Virus record (IMG/VR): IMGVR_UViG_3300027971_000029
Span: 32,001-96,000 of that record
Strand: one strand, 5' to 3'
DNA from: a virus
Lineage: Duplodnaviria > Caudoviricetes
DNA: 64,000 bases
This document shows, one piece after another, positions 20,112-30,158 of the stretch. The notes under the pieces were generated by a model, which saw nothing but the letters and a program-made list of their open reading frames with translations, was not told where the DNA came from and did not search any database. The stretch's first letter is position 1, and each line of letters begins with the position of its first letter. Both the position numbers and the translations under genes were made by a program.

Positions 20112-20549
20112 TTAGAAACTGTATTTGATGCCAGCAGTGATACGGCTACCGTTTTGTGCGGCAACAGAATCTTGTCCTGAAATGTATGTATAGTCAACTA
20201 GACCAGTAACATTTTTCACGATTGGCATACTGAAAGTAGCACCAGCAAGGGCGGCATAGCCATCAGAACCAGTTGCACTGTCAACATACACACCACCAAA
20301 CTTTACACCAACTCCAACTGGTCCAATTTTTGTGATTTGGATTGTGTCGGTCAAACTGTAAAGGTCTGCGGTTGTACTACGATTGAAGCCTAGTGTCAAG
20401 TCTTGTCCAAAAACTTTATCACCCAATGTTAGACCCCAAGCATTTTCTCTGGAACTCAAATTTGTTCCACCATTAACACCAACTTCAACCGCTTGTGCAG
20501 ATGCTACTGCGACCATTAGTGATGCGATAATTGCAATTTTCTTAATCAA
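20112..20549 (-). CDS. Small outer-membrane beta-barrel protein
   Basis: Signal peptide (..ASAQA), alternating beta-strands, C-terminal GIKYSF with terminal Phe. Confidence 0.75.
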   Translation of the reverse strand: MIKKIAIIASLMVAVASAQAVEVGVNGGTNLSSRENAWGLTLGDKVFGQDLTLGFNRSTTADLYSLTDTIQITKIGPVGVGVKFGGVYVDSATGSDGYAALAGATFSMPIVKNVTGLVDYTYISGQDSVAAQNGSRITAGIKYSF

Positions 20550-20575
20550 AATAAACTCCTTGTTGTAAAAAAAAT

Positions 20576-20860
20576 GATAGCTTATTCTGTTACGAGGAAA
20601 GCTATCGAAACCCTAGGCCGTGTTTAGGCAGCCAATGCGAACTGTGAGTCGTTTGCGTTTACTTTTTTTGCTTGATTAACGGTCATCGCCTACCGTGCTG
20701 TCCACTCTGTTACTTGTTGCCCTGTCGAAACTAGTCTCCCCCATCAAAAAGAACCTACTGAATTACGATGCAGTGGTGATTAATTATTTCACCCTCTAAG
20801 TTCTTTTTGGTGGAGGAGGGGGGATTCGCACCCCCGTCCAGAACACTTTTCTCTTTACTT
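20576..20860 (-). ncRNA. ssrA: Two-piece (circularly permuted) tmRNA
   Basis: Acceptor piece with T-arm ends CTCCTCC-A-CCA at 20808; coding piece starts GGGGGAG at 20742 (G3.U70); tag ORF 20656-20624 reads ANDSQFALAA*; outer ends approximate. Confidence 0.9.
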
Positions 20861-21537
20861 CATACAGCAATATCTTGATGTTTCTTCACATAGTAAAGAA
20901 GGTCATCAATGTATTTATGTTTTGTTTCCTCGAATATCTGAGGCAATGTTTCATCATTCACTGCAATAGCTACCACGATTTGTTCGATTGGTAAACCAGT
21001 AATCTCTTCGAACATAATTGCATAAGCACTACATTGCATAAAATAATTTTTGATATGGTCTTTGTCTTTCAACCTGCTTGATGTTTTAAAATCGATGACA
21101 GAAAGTTTTCCTTTCCATTCAGCAATACAATCTACACGACCAGCAACTTTCAATTTATGAGAATACAATGCTTGCTCTAAACAATAGATGTTGCCAATGT
21201 TCTTCATCAATTCAGGTTTCAGTTGAAGAAACATCTCCTTCACATTCGGCATCATCATTTGTATTTTCATATCACTCAATTCATTGAGTAAAAACTTTTC
21301 ACAAACATCATGCACTGAAGTACCACGGCGAGATGCTTGGCTTGATATCTTATTCGCCTGCTCCTCGCCTACTCTCTTACGCCATTCCATGATTGCTTTT
21401 TTATTGTAAGCAGATAGAACAGTGGTGATAGAAGAATACTTCTCACCATTCGGTGTTGTGTATTTTCTTCCAGATTCAGTTGTTACAGCATTTAATTCAA
21501 AATCTAGTTCTGGAAGTTTCACATGGTTAAAAATCAT
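20860..21537 (-). CDS. PD-(D/E)XK exonuclease (Cas4-like phage exonuclease)
   Basis: SITTVL..RGT.VH..E..L..AGRVDCIAE..IDFKTS..YFMQ..AYA. Confidence 0.88.
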   Translation of the reverse strand: MIFNHVKLPELDFELNAVTTESGRKYTTPNGEKYSSITTVLSAYNKKAIMEWRKRVGEEQANKISSQASRRGTSVHDVCEKFLLNELSDMKIQMMMPNVKEMFLQLKPELMKNIGNIYCLEQALYSHKLKVAGRVDCIAEWKGKLSVIDFKTSSRLKDKDHIKNYFMQCSAYAIMFEEITGLPIEQIVVAIAVNDETLPQIFEETKHKYIDDLLYYVKKHQDIAV

Positions 21538-21857
21538 GTAGCGCCAACTCTCTTTGTAATTTTATCAACATGCTTTTTAACAATCTCTTGAGTCCTTGCT
21601 TGTTTAATAGATTTCTTACCATAACGGTGACCATGAGGACTTGCTGGATGCGCCTCTGCAACCTTAGATAACACATCTTTGAAACCATCAGGTACCCGAT
21701 TTTGTGTTGAAGTAGAAACACCAGAAACAATTGCTGGCGCTGTCATTACAGGATGAATGTGTGGATTATTTTTTAGATATTCTTCACGCTCTGAAATTTT
21801 CATAAACGATTCAAACTCTTCACCTGTCTCACTATTCAAAAAATTATATGTTGGCAA
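21534..21857 (-). CDS. FmdB-like small phage protein
   Basis: Probable TTG start at 21857 after GGAG: MPTYNFLN.ETGEEFE.FM.ISE..YLK.NPH. Confidence 0.6.
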   Translation of the reverse strand: MPTYNFLNSETGEEFESFMKISEREEYLKNNPHIHPVMTAPAIVSGVSTSTQNRVPDGFKDVLSKVAEAHPASPHGHRYGKKSIKQARTQEIVKKHVDKITKRVGAT

Positions 21858-22398
21858 AATTTGTCTCCGGATACCAAAGAGGAACTGGTCTCTTCTTCCA
21901 CTTCGCAAGATGCGATTTGTTGTTTATATAGTAGTTGCGATAGGATGCAATAGAATCACCAACAATCTTCACTTCATCAGGCATTGCAGGTGTTGGCTCA
22001 GTAAAGTTTCCTCTTGGAATATTATTTGGTCGAACCTCTAATGCCCAAACAAGTTTTTCGCAAGCATGTTTTTTACCATAGCGATATGTGTATTCTTCAA
22101 GAAGAGATTCGAACATTTCGAATAACCAAGAATAATTTTTATCGCTTTGCCTTACCCAAACTGCTGAAGGATGATTGATATGAGTGGAAGCATAAAGCAA
22201 CTTATCACGATTATCATAAAGAACATATCGGCTTTGCTTTCGACCAGTGTCAGAATGGCCGACAACGATAGTACCATCAAGCACACGATGAGCAGTAGAA
22301 AGTAATTGAGCATATTCTAAAATCATTTTGACCACATGCTTATCGTTATGCATTTCTGCACACTTAGTCACATCATGGTCGAGGTAAAAAATATTCAC
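21844..22398 (-). CDS. Pyrimidine-dimer DNA glycosylase-like protein (DenV superfamily)
   Basis: MNIFYLD..H.DKHVVKMILEYAQLLSTAH..HINHPSAVW..AMPD. Confidence 0.75.
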   Translation of the reverse strand: MNIFYLDHDVTKCAEMHNDKHVVKMILEYAQLLSTAHRVLDGTIVVGHSDTGRKQSRYVLYDNRDKLLYASTHINHPSAVWVRQSDKNYSWLFEMFESLLEEYTYRYGKKHACEKLVWALEVRPNNIPRGNFTEPTPAMPDEVKIVGDSIASYRNYYINNKSHLAKWKKRPVPLWYPETNFANI

Positions 22399-22401
22399 GG
22401 T

Positions 22402-22761
22402 TTAATCCCATCTGCGGTGGTCTTCTGCTACATGTTCCCAACCATCGTATTCACTGATATGCCATTTAACATTATCAGGAATTTCAACGACAGCAAGTTC
22501 GGATGCCCAATTATTTGCGGCTTCACCCATCTCTTCAACTACAGCAACCAAATCTTCATCGGCACGATTTTCGTAAAGGTCATATGCGCTGATATAGAAA
22601 CTTTCATCACCAACATGTCCTTCTTGGAAATATGTGGAGCCAAAAACTTGAGAATCAGATGTTTTCTTTTCCCACTTCACACCCTTGCGGTCAAGCAATT
22701 TCTCTAAAGCCTCTTCGGAAAGACCAAAGCCGCCATGACATCTATTGATTACTACTTTCAT
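22402..22761 (-). CDS. Conserved phage hypothetical protein
   Basis: MKVVINRCHGGFGLS..LVAVVEE.G..VVEIP..W.I.EYDG.E. Confidence 0.7.
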   Translation of the reverse strand: MKVVINRCHGGFGLSEEALEKLLDRKGVKWEKKTSDSQVFGSTYFQEGHVGDESFYISAYDLYENRADEDLVAVVEEMGEAANNWASELAVVEIPDNVKWHISEYDGWEHVAEDHRRWD

Positions 22762-22765
22762 AATT

Positions 22766-23095
22766 TCATTCCTTCAATGGACAGTGTTCATCATAACACA
22801 TACTATCACCAAGTTCACCTCTTGTCAAGCCACATCTGCCGCAGAGTTCATTAGGACTTTTATATTCTTGATATTCCTCTGTTGGAGGATCAAAGTCAGG
22901 TATCTCACCATAGTATTCTTCATCAGACACAAAATCTAAAGTGCCTGAAAAATGAAAACCAGACCCACGCAAAAACATTTCAAATTGTTCTAAAATATCT
23001 GGAAGATAATCTGCACTGAATTCAACAGTTGTTTCGGCACTGCGACCAGAGATGTTGTCAATTTGTTTAAAGATATATTTCATATAAATCTCCAA
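22766..23095 (-). CDS. Hypothetical protein
   Basis: ORF in operon with an SD sequence. Confidence 0.6.
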   Translation of the reverse strand: MEIYMKYIFKQIDNISGRSAETTVEFSADYLPDILEQFEMFLRGSGFHFSGTLDFVSDEEYYGEIPDFDPPTEEYQEYKSPNELCGRCGLTRGELGDSMCYDEHCPLKE

Positions 23096-23107
23096 AAATA
23101 AAAAAAT

Positions 23108-23128
23108 AGGTCTACGGTTAGTAGACCT
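23108..23128 (-). terminator. Intrinsic terminator
   Basis: AGGTCTAC-TAACC-GTAGACCT followed by a T run. Confidence 0.7.
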
Positions 23129-23147
23129 CTAGACCTTGTGAAAAAAA

Positions 23148-23534
23148 TTAAGAGGTCTGTTCTGCCGTAGCAGTTTCAGTAACTGTCTCAACAGTTTCGG
23201 TAGCGGTTTCTTGAGCACCAAGGTCTGCAAGTTTCTTCACAGATTTAGTTTTGGCTTTAGCAACAGTTGTGCTAATACCACGCTTGGCAAGATACTTTGT
23301 CATTTCATCGACATTCATAAGTTGGTATGCAGTTACCTTGCGACCATCTTTAAATGCTTTGATGACACCGCCGCCAAGGGCTTTGATACACCAAATATAA
23401 GTTGAAAGACGATACACTTCAAGTTCATTACTCAAAGTTGCGGCAACTTCTTCTTTAGAAATTTCTTTGCCACTAATCATTGTAACGAGCAATTTCTCCC
23501 AGACTTTGGGATCAGTTTGTTTACCACGAGCCAT
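23148..23534 (-). CDS. Hypothetical early protein, possibly DNA-binding
   Basis: Own sigma70 promoter (23566-23594), GAGGTG SD and terminator. Confidence 0.65.
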   Translation of the reverse strand: MARGKQTDPKVWEKLLVTMISGKEISKEEVAATLSNELEVYRLSTYIWCIKALGGGVIKAFKDGRKVTAYQLMNVDEMTKYLAKRGISTTVAKAKTKSVKKLADLGAQETATETVETVTETATAEQTS

Positions 23535-23626
23535 TTAGACACCTCACATAGTTAATAATACACACATCATAACACAACGAAACCGCTTTGTCAACAGTCT
23601 CGCCACAATATTGCCCATTAGAGCAA

Positions 23627-23827
23627 TTACTTAAAGATACCATATTCGATAGCATCTTCATCATACGATTGGCTGGCATACATCATCATGTTATGCTCTG
23701 CCATTGAAATTTCAAACTGTTCAAGTTCGAAAGCATTCCAATAATCTTCAACTGCCTGAGCCTTTTCTGAGGCAGATACTTCATTAAGACATTCATTCAC
23801 TTCTTCGAAAGACATAATAAACTCCAA
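23627..23827 (-). CDS. Hypothetical acidic protein
   Basis: ORF behind promoter 23845-23873. Confidence 0.55.
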   Translation of the reverse strand: MEFIMSFEEVNECLNEVSASEKAQAVEDYWNAFELEQFEISMAEHNMMMYASQSYDEDAIEYGIFK

Positions 23828-23876
23828 TCAATTGAACATAGTCAACTATAACACACTTTGGTGCAAATGTCAAGCA

Positions 23877-24221
23877 CTATCTTCGCATGTTTGCCTGGTC
23901 TTTTGCATCATCTTTGCTAAAGATTGGCACAGCATTACTTTTGTGCAAAGTGCCAATACCTAGCATGGCATCACCAGTGTACACAGGTTTTGATTTTAGA
24001 GTGCCGCCATTGAATCCAGTGTTCAATGACGGATAACGAGACAAATCACGCTCAGGTGGAATGTAAGTTTTTGGTGGAATGTATGGTGTGAAAGATTTAG
24101 ACTTTTTAGTCTTCACTTTACCATACTTTTTTTCAAGCGATGACAACCACTCTTGGTGTTGTTCAGCTTGTTTTTTCGGTGTCTTTTTTTTCTTAGACCG
24201 ATTGTCAACATAAATCATCAT
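23877..24221 (-). CDS. Conserved phage hypothetical protein
   Basis: YTG..MLGIGTLHKSNAVPIF..MRR C-terminus. Confidence 0.7.
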   Translation of the reverse strand: MMIYVDNRSKKKKTPKKQAEQHQEWLSSLEKKYGKVKTKKSKSFTPYIPPKTYIPPERDLSRYPSLNTGFNGGTLKSKPVYTGDAMLGIGTLHKSNAVPIFSKDDAKDQANMRR

Positions 24222-24436
24222 TTTGCCGTGACCTCATATTTTTGATAACCAACAAAATCTTCTTTTGTGTTCAGAATTATATCAGCCTGAAAGCAAAAAC
24301 GCAAGAAGTCTTTTTCAAAATCTTGGTCATCTGCCAAAATAGAAAGTTGTTCGCCCGAATTCATTTTATTGAGTTTCATGCGAACCTTCAGGATGGGAAT
24401 GGGACACTTCAGTCCACGACAATCAATTGAATGCAT
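24218..24436 (-). CDS. tusA: TusA/SirA-family sulfur carrier
   Basis: IDCRGLKCPIPIL (CPxP)..GEQLSILADD..DF..FC. Confidence 0.88.
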   Translation of the reverse strand: MHSIDCRGLKCPIPILKVRMKLNKMNSGEQLSILADDQDFEKDFLRFCFQADIILNTKEDFVGYQKYEVTAK

Positions 24437-24581
24437 TAGGTTTTGTAACAGACCAGTACATCAATGCAAGACCAACCATGCACATAGCTAGTTCGCCAAG
24501 CAAATTAGAGTCAGCAGGTGCATTGTCGATACCACCAACAGCACCGAAAACAATGAAAAGACCGAGAAAAAATCGTATCAT
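24423..24581 (-). CDS. Small two-TM membrane protein
   Basis: Not in ORF track. MIRFFLGLFIVFGAVGGID..AMCMVGLALMYW; GGAG SD; promoter 24615-24643. Confidence 0.6.
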   Translation of the reverse strand: MIRFFLGLFIVFGAVGGIDNAPADSNLLGELAMCMVGLALMYWSVTKPNAFN

Positions 24582-25119
24582 GGAAAACTCCTTCTTTATT
24601 CAGATTACAGATACATTATGACACATCTGGAACCGTTTGTCAAGTGCTTTTCCTAAAAAAAGTTGTTTAAAAACAACAACATACAACAGTGGAAATGCGG
24701 TTTTGGGCCGTTTTTCCGCTTGGCTAGGGTCAGAGTCTCAGTGGACAGCTAAAAGCCGCCTAAAAGAGGTTCTAGCCGTGCAGGACTTGAGGTTTTGAAG
24801 ATGAATTTGCCGAAGTGTCTTCACGCATATCTTCTTCAAATTCTTGCAATCTTAATTGTTGCAATCTATGTTTGATTTCAGCATTATTTTTTTGCTGAGT
24901 CTCTAACAATTCTTCAAGTTCTCTAATTTCTTGTTTGATTTTAGAAAGAAAGGTCATATGTTTTTTCCTGTTTATAAAGTCTGTATGTGGCTTTATCTTG
25001 TTGCTTTTTATGATTTGTGTTAGGTTTGAATTGTTGACTATCAGAATCATTTTTTCGATTCTTGTTCTTTGGTTTCCTAACAACCTGCTGATTTGAAATC
25101 ATTGAAGTTTTGCGCCTCC

Positions 25120-25695
25120 TTAAAGAATGCTATCCGCCACTCCAAGACTGATTAGTTGTTCGGCTTTGAGCCACGAGTCAGTCGGCGGTAACAATTTATT
25201 CTTGACTGTTTTTACATCAAGACCAGTTGCATCACATAGAATGTCGACCATGCGCTGATTACATAGGTCGGCTTCTTTCATGTGAGCCTTTATGTCATGG
25301 TACTTTCCTTCTGCCTCTTCGGAAAATTGATGACACATAATTCCTGTATTTTTTGAGATGATTCTTTCACCACGAGTTCCTGCTGAGAAGATGAGGAATG
25401 CCGCAGAGAAAATTGAACCAATGCCGATTGTTCTAATTGGGTACTTTGATTGTTTCATAACATCAATCAAAGCAAATGCTTGATACAAGTCACCGCCGCC
25501 TGAATTAACATACAGTGTCAAAATCTTACCTTCTTCTTCTTTGAAGTTCTCATAGGTAATCCATTCGATAGCTTCACGAATGTTAAATTCATCAATCTCA
25601 CCGCTGAGAAAAAAGATGTGGTTTTCAAGTAGACTGTGCCCAATAAGTTCACTTGGGCTGATAACTTCGTTATCTTTCTTTTTAGTTGTCGCCAT
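25120..25695 (-). CDS. clpP: ClpP-family protease subunit
   Basis: LYVNSGGGD..IGSIFSAA (Ser), IMCHQ (His), DSWL (Asp). Confidence 0.88.
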   Translation of the reverse strand: MATTKKKDNEVISPSELIGHSLLENHIFFLSGEIDEFNIREAIEWITYENFKEEEGKILTLYVNSGGGDLYQAFALIDVMKQSKYPIRTIGIGSIFSAAFLIFSAGTRGERIISKNTGIMCHQFSEEAEGKYHDIKAHMKEADLCNQRMVDILCDATGLDVKTVKNKLLPPTDSWLKAEQLISLGVADSIL

Positions 25696-26635
25696 GTTTA
25701 AGGTGCCAATCATATGCAGTTGAAATAATGTTTTCTAAATTAAATTTTGAAGTAAAGTTGAGAAGTTCCTGCGCCTTGCTTATGTTGGATACAAGCATGG
25801 CAGGGTCGCCCGCACGGCGTGGACCGTAGGTGATGTTAACTTTCTGACCTGTCACTTTTTCAATAGTATCTACAATTTGTTTGTTCGAACATCCTGTGCC
25901 CGAACCAATGTTAAAAATATCACTCTTCTGGTTTTTCAAAAGATACTCAGCACTTGCCACATGTGCATCGGCAACATCTGAAACATGAATAAAGTCTCTG
26001 ATGCAAGTTCCGTCCGGAGTTTCATAGTCATCACCATAGAGTGTAAAGTTATTTAGATTCTGAAGAATTCTAGGAATCAAATGCGTTTCTGGTTCGTGAT
26101 TCTCACCCATCTCACCATCAGGGTCTGCACCACCGACATTGAAATATCTCAAGCAAATTGAATTGATATTCTCTTTCTGCATGTCAGTGAGTATTTGCTC
26201 ACACATTAATTTGTTGCGACCATAAACACTTGTTGGATGACATTCATCAGTTTCAAGAAACTTTTGATTGCCGCTACCATAGACACCAGCACTTGATGAG
26301 AACACAATATTTTTTACATGATGAATTGCCATCTCATTTAGCAGATTGATTGTGCCAGCAACATTCACATCATAATATTCACTTGGATATACCTCACTTG
26401 TGCCAACTTCAATCAAACCTGCTAAATGAAACACTGTATCGATTTTAACTTTACCAAAAAGAAAACTTAGTTCAGGCGCACGAATATCACACGGATAAAA
26501 CATATCAGTATATTCATGTGTTTGTGATTTTGATTTTGAATCAACAACGATAGTTCGCCAACCAGCTTTTTTCAATGCTTTGGTTACATGCGAACCGATA
26601 TAGCCGTAACCGCCAGTAATCAGTGCAGTCTTCAT
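25682..26635 (-). CDS. galE: UDP-glucose 4-epimerase
   Basis: TGGYGYIGSH, FSSSA, YGRNK, LRYFNVGGA and DGTCIRDFIHV motifs. Confidence 0.92.
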   Translation of the reverse strand: MKTALITGGYGYIGSHVTKALKKAGWRTIVVDSKSKSQTHEYTDMFYPCDIRAPELSFLFGKVKIDTVFHLAGLIEVGTSEVYPSEYYDVNVAGTINLLNEMAIHHVKNIVFSSSAGVYGSGNQKFLETDECHPTSVYGRNKLMCEQILTDMQKENINSICLRYFNVGGADPDGEMGENHEPETHLIPRILQNLNNFTLYGDDYETPDGTCIRDFIHVSDVADAHVASAEYLLKNQKSDIFNIGSGTGCSNKQIVDTIEKVTGQKVNITYGPRRAGDPAMLVSNISKAQELLNFTSKFNLENIISTAYDWHLKHGDN

Positions 26636-27342
26636 TTCTGATGCCATGGATAGTTCCCTTGATATTTTTCTTTTGTGTATTTGTTACCGTCTTCAAAGAA
26701 ATCTTTAGTAACAGAATTTGCATTACCATCTAATCGATAGCAAAGGCTATGCTCTCCTGTGCATTCAAAGTTAGGAAAGAATTTTTTCAGATTGCTGAAG
26801 AATTGTCTATCAGCACCCCATTGGCCATACCACGCATGACCTATGTTAACAGCAACATCACGCCTAACGGCAAAAGATGATGTGTCGATATGATAAGCAT
26901 CATTATTGAAATAGATGGGCCATTTACCCAACGATTCACAGTTGTCATCACATATGTAATTACCGTGTTTATCATAAATCTTCCTTAATGAATATGCCCA
27001 TTGGGCGCCAGTCTCAATTGCTTTTACAAGTTTCTCAACATGGTTTGGTTCATACCAATTATCTTCATCAAGATAACATATGATATCTGCATTCACTAAA
27101 AAAGAACATGCGGCATACACACGATGACCGTACCATCCTTTACCGACATTCTCTTCAAGTTCAACCATTCTTGTCTTAGATGAACCCACAAGAATTTCTC
27201 TTGCCTTTGGTTCATACTGACAACCATCGATGAAGATGTAGTGAGTCAGGTCTTTATATGTTTGATTGTCTACCGATGAGACACACTGTTCCAATAAGTC
27301 AGATGCTATTGTGGGTGTTACTACGGCTACTTTCATTTTCAT
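26632..27342 (-). CDS. Glycosyltransferase family 2
   Basis: VAVVTPT..SV.NQTY..DG..YLDEDNW (DxD-like). Confidence 0.85.
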   Translation of the reverse strand: MKMKVAVVTPTIASDLLEQCVSSVDNQTYKDLTHYIFIDGCQYEPKAREILVGSSKTRMVELEENVGKGWYGHRVYAACSFLVNADIICYLDEDNWYEPNHVEKLVKAIETGAQWAYSLRKIYDKHGNYICDDNCESLGKWPIYFNNDAYHIDTSSFAVRRDVAVNIGHAWYGQWGADRQFFSNLKKFFPNFECTGEHSLCYRLDGNANSVTKDFFEDGNKYTKEKYQGNYPWHQK

Positions 27343-27516
27343 CCTTAAAGGTCAATTTGGCACCACCAATAGTACCAGGCATTTCTAATTTCAATTCATC
27401 TTTAAATTCACGACAAAAAATTGCATCCCATCTATTGTCGTACTCATGTTGTGCAACGCTAAATGGTCTTGGTCTGCTTCCTTTACCACCATCACTCACG
27501 ATTCTTTCCTTTATAG

Positions 27517-27969
27517 TTAATCAACAGTCAATGGGATATCTGGAAATGACTCTTTGATAATTTTTGGTGTGAGAAATTTCACATTCAAATTTTTCTTGAA
27601 CATACCAACTAGCAACAAGGCTTCTTTTGCATGAACCGATTGTAACATGGTTACTGCAATTTGTGCTTGTTTCTTTGGTTCAAGTTTGCCTTTGTACTTT
27701 GGGTGATTTGGCACAAACACATAGAGTCTTTTCATCTCATTGTCGATTGTGGAAAATGTCAAACCTTCAGGCTCAGGCGCCGGTCTGTATTGTGGTACAG
27801 TCTCAACATCAAATTTAATGTCGGGATTGAATGCGTAATTTAAGAATTCACGAAATCTTTCATCACCATGCTTACGCAACACGGTAATTCTTTCTTCACG
27901 AGTTTTTGCATTATCAAACTCTTCGAAAATTTCATGGTATAGTCGTTTAAAACTCATCGATAACCTCAA
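27517..27969 (-). CDS. Conserved T4-like hypothetical protein
   Basis: Typically follows rnh; MLQSVHAKEALLL. Confidence 0.65.
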   Translation of the reverse strand: MRLSMSFKRLYHEIFEEFDNAKTREERITVLRKHGDERFREFLNYAFNPDIKFDVETVPQYRPAPEPEGLTFSTIDNEMKRLYVFVPNHPKYKGKLEPKKQAQIAVTMLQSVHAKEALLLVGMFKKNLNVKFLTPKIIKESFPDIPLTVD

Positions 27970-28798
27970 TCAAATTTTTAAGACGATTGGCAATCATGTA
28001 ATTCATAAATTGCTGTCTAGTCTTGGGTTTAGTGTCCTCATACTTAGTCACAATAGTTTCCAGCATTTCTTTTGGAATCTTAGTCAGGTCAATAAGCATT
28101 TCGTTACGGCGATAGTTGCGTAACATTTCATCATTGCAAAATTCTTCAGGTGGCGTATTCAGCCAATTGATAATTTTTGCTTCCGTGATAGGTCGTTGGC
28201 GACCACCTTCAACAAACACACCATCAGGCGATAAGATATTGGGAATGCCATCACCTTTGTCACCACGAATGATTAGTTGTTTTAATTGTACAGCAGGAAA
28301 AGGTTCTTTGATATACTTCTTCAGAATCGGTGAGTACTGTTCGACATTAGGAAACTTTTGCAATTGTGCAAAGTCTTTATCTGAAGAAAGAATCATCACT
28401 TTTTCTGTAGCGGCATACTTCATCACCAATGCGCCAATAACATCATCAGCCTCTGCACCTTGCACATCAATCACCTTGTAAGGCGAATTTTCAGCGAGTT
28501 CATCTTTGACTTTTTTCAGGCACTCGAAAATAGTGTTCCAATCAAATCCAGAATTTTCACGAGCCTTCTTGCGATTGGATTTGTAGTTAACAAAAACATC
28601 ACGGCGCCAGTAATGGCGATTGTCACAGGCGATAACTACTTCAGGACCATGACTGGCCTTGAATCGTTTAATGTATGTTCTCATTGTATTGAGAATCATA
28701 TGCCTCACTAAACTTTCATCGATTGTTGCTTTGGGCGAGGATCCAATCTGTTCCATTAGATTGGATATCGCTACTTGGTTATAGTCAAAAATAATCAT
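27947..28798 (-). CDS. rnh: T4-type RNase H (5'-3' exonuclease)
   Basis: IACD..YWRR..YK..RK, EADD, SSDKDF.QLQ and GD.GDGIPN motifs. Confidence 0.93.
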   Translation of the reverse strand: MIIFDYNQVAISNLMEQIGSSPKATIDESLVRHMILNTMRTYIKRFKASHGPEVVIACDNRHYWRRDVFVNYKSNRKKARENSGFDWNTIFECLKKVKDELAENSPYKVIDVQGAEADDVIGALVMKYAATEKVMILSSDKDFAQLQKFPNVEQYSPILKKYIKEPFPAVQLKQLIIRGDKGDGIPNILSPDGVFVEGGRQRPITEAKIINWLNTPPEEFCNDEMLRNYRRNEMLIDLTKIPKEMLETIVTKYEDTKPKTRQQFMNYMIANRLKNLIEVIDEF

Positions 28799-28847
28799 AA
28801 TGAAACCTATTATACTCTCTTTAAGATTTTAGTGGGGCAAACATGCA

Positions 28848-29063
28848 TCAGTCATTTTTATTGAATTTGATGCTTTCACCACGCAGGAATACACCAATCA
28901 GAACAATGGCACACCATGTATCAAAAGTGTATGGAATAGCCAGAGCAGGAAAAAGTATATTCAAAGACCACAGAACAAAAAACGGTGATATAAAAATGAA
29001 TACGATAGCCGCTAGTGCAATCAATGCCATAACAGCAGGCGATTTAACTTTAATATTAAACAT
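28848..29063 (-). CDS. Small membrane protein
   Basis: Two hydrophobic segments. Confidence 0.6.
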   Translation of the reverse strand: MFNIKVKSPAVMALIALAAIVFIFISPFFVLWSLNILFPALAIPYTFDTWCAIVLIGVFLRGESIKFNKND

Positions 29064-29069
29064 AGAACC

Positions 29070-30158
29070 TCACTTAATAATTTTCAAAAGGATTGTATCA
29101 TCATTTAGTCGACCTGTCAAGGGCGATTCAACTGCACGAATGTTTGCAATAACATTACGGAGAAAAACTTTGCCACCTTTGATAACTTCAGGCAAAGTCA
29201 CTTCTGGTTTACGCAATTTCTTCTGTACCGATTTGGTATCAACAAAATTCTGTATCGTGGTGCCTTTCAATGAAAGACCTGAAATGTCTTCAGCGATATA
29301 GCAACCAAGTTTACGAGTCTTGATATTGTAAACCCACAGAGTCGATGCACCAATCACCGATTTAGGGTCGATTGATTTTAGACCGAGTTCAGTGTCTTCA
29401 ACGCAATACTTCATCTTACCAATCAGTTCATCGGCAGTCTTGACCTTGCGCTTGCGAGGCTTGCGATTCTGTTTGGCTTCGCCTTGCAGAGTCAATGCAT
29501 CATCAATAATTTTAGAAAGAAACGATTCGAACCTTTTCAGTTCGGTTTTCTTCATATGCGAGTAGCCTTCGACCAATTGGTCATCGGTACCAGCAATTGC
29601 ATCAGAAATTTCACTTCGCACTTTTTTGTAGTGTTCAACGATTGCCTTAACATGCACACCTTTTGTAGACAATTCAGTCATCATGCCTTTTGGTGTTTTT
29701 GTTTCACGATAAGCATTCAGTGTGAAGTCATCGACCAAACCATCTAGTTCAGCAAGGATACGAGAAGTCGAGTCTTTAATCCTGTCTTGAATAGAAGGAT
29801 TCACAGTGGCAACAACCGCAACATCTTCAACCACTTCTTCAACTTTACCATCACCTTTTTTAATGGTAGTCAATGTCTTATCGAAATAGTTTTGATTTTC
29901 AACGGGCAGAGTCGCACCATTGTAGAGAAGTCGGCACACCCAACCAAATGTGGTTGTTTGTTTCTTAATCATACCTTCAGGTATTTTCAGTTTCAGTTTT
30001 TTGTTAAGATAGTCACCAATGTATTTGTGAGCATCCTTGTAGTCCTTGTTTGCGGAATACCAATTCAATGATTGAATCAATTGAATGCGAGTCATCTCTT
30101 CGATGTACTTCGGTTCACCACCAGCAAACACCGCATTAGCATCAAGTACTCTAGCCAT
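29070..30158 (-). CDS. Conserved T4-like hypothetical protein
   Basis: QLVEGYSH, LWVYNIKTRKLG.Y and KKLRKPE..GRLN motifs. Confidence 0.75.
   Translation of the reverse strand: MARVLDANAVFAGGEPKYIEEMTRIQLIQSLNWYSANKDYKDAHKYIGDYLNKKLKLKIPEGMIKKQTTTFGWVCRLLYNGATLPVENQNYFDKTLTTIKKGDGKVEEVVEDVAVVATVNPSIQDRIKDSTSRILAELDGLVDDFTLNAYRETKTPKGMMTELSTKGVHVKAIVEHYKKVRSEISDAIAGTDDQLVEGYSHMKKTELKRFESFLSKIIDDALTLQGEAKQNRKPRKRKVKTADELIGKMKYCVEDTELGLKSIDPKSVIGASTLWVYNIKTRKLGCYIAEDISGLSLKGTTIQNFVDTKSVQKKLRKPEVTLPEVIKGGKVFLRNVIANIRAVESPLTGRLNDDTILLKIIK

Noticed and set aside
20860-21537. Cas4-like nuclease as evidence of a CRISPR system
   Set aside because: No repeat-spacer array or other cas genes were seen; this is a common stand-alone phage exonuclease.
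24697-24760. GC-richer intergenic stretch with GCGGTTTT/AAAAGCCGC ends
   Set aside because: Pairing is weak and no recognisable motif is present; cannot support an RNA call.
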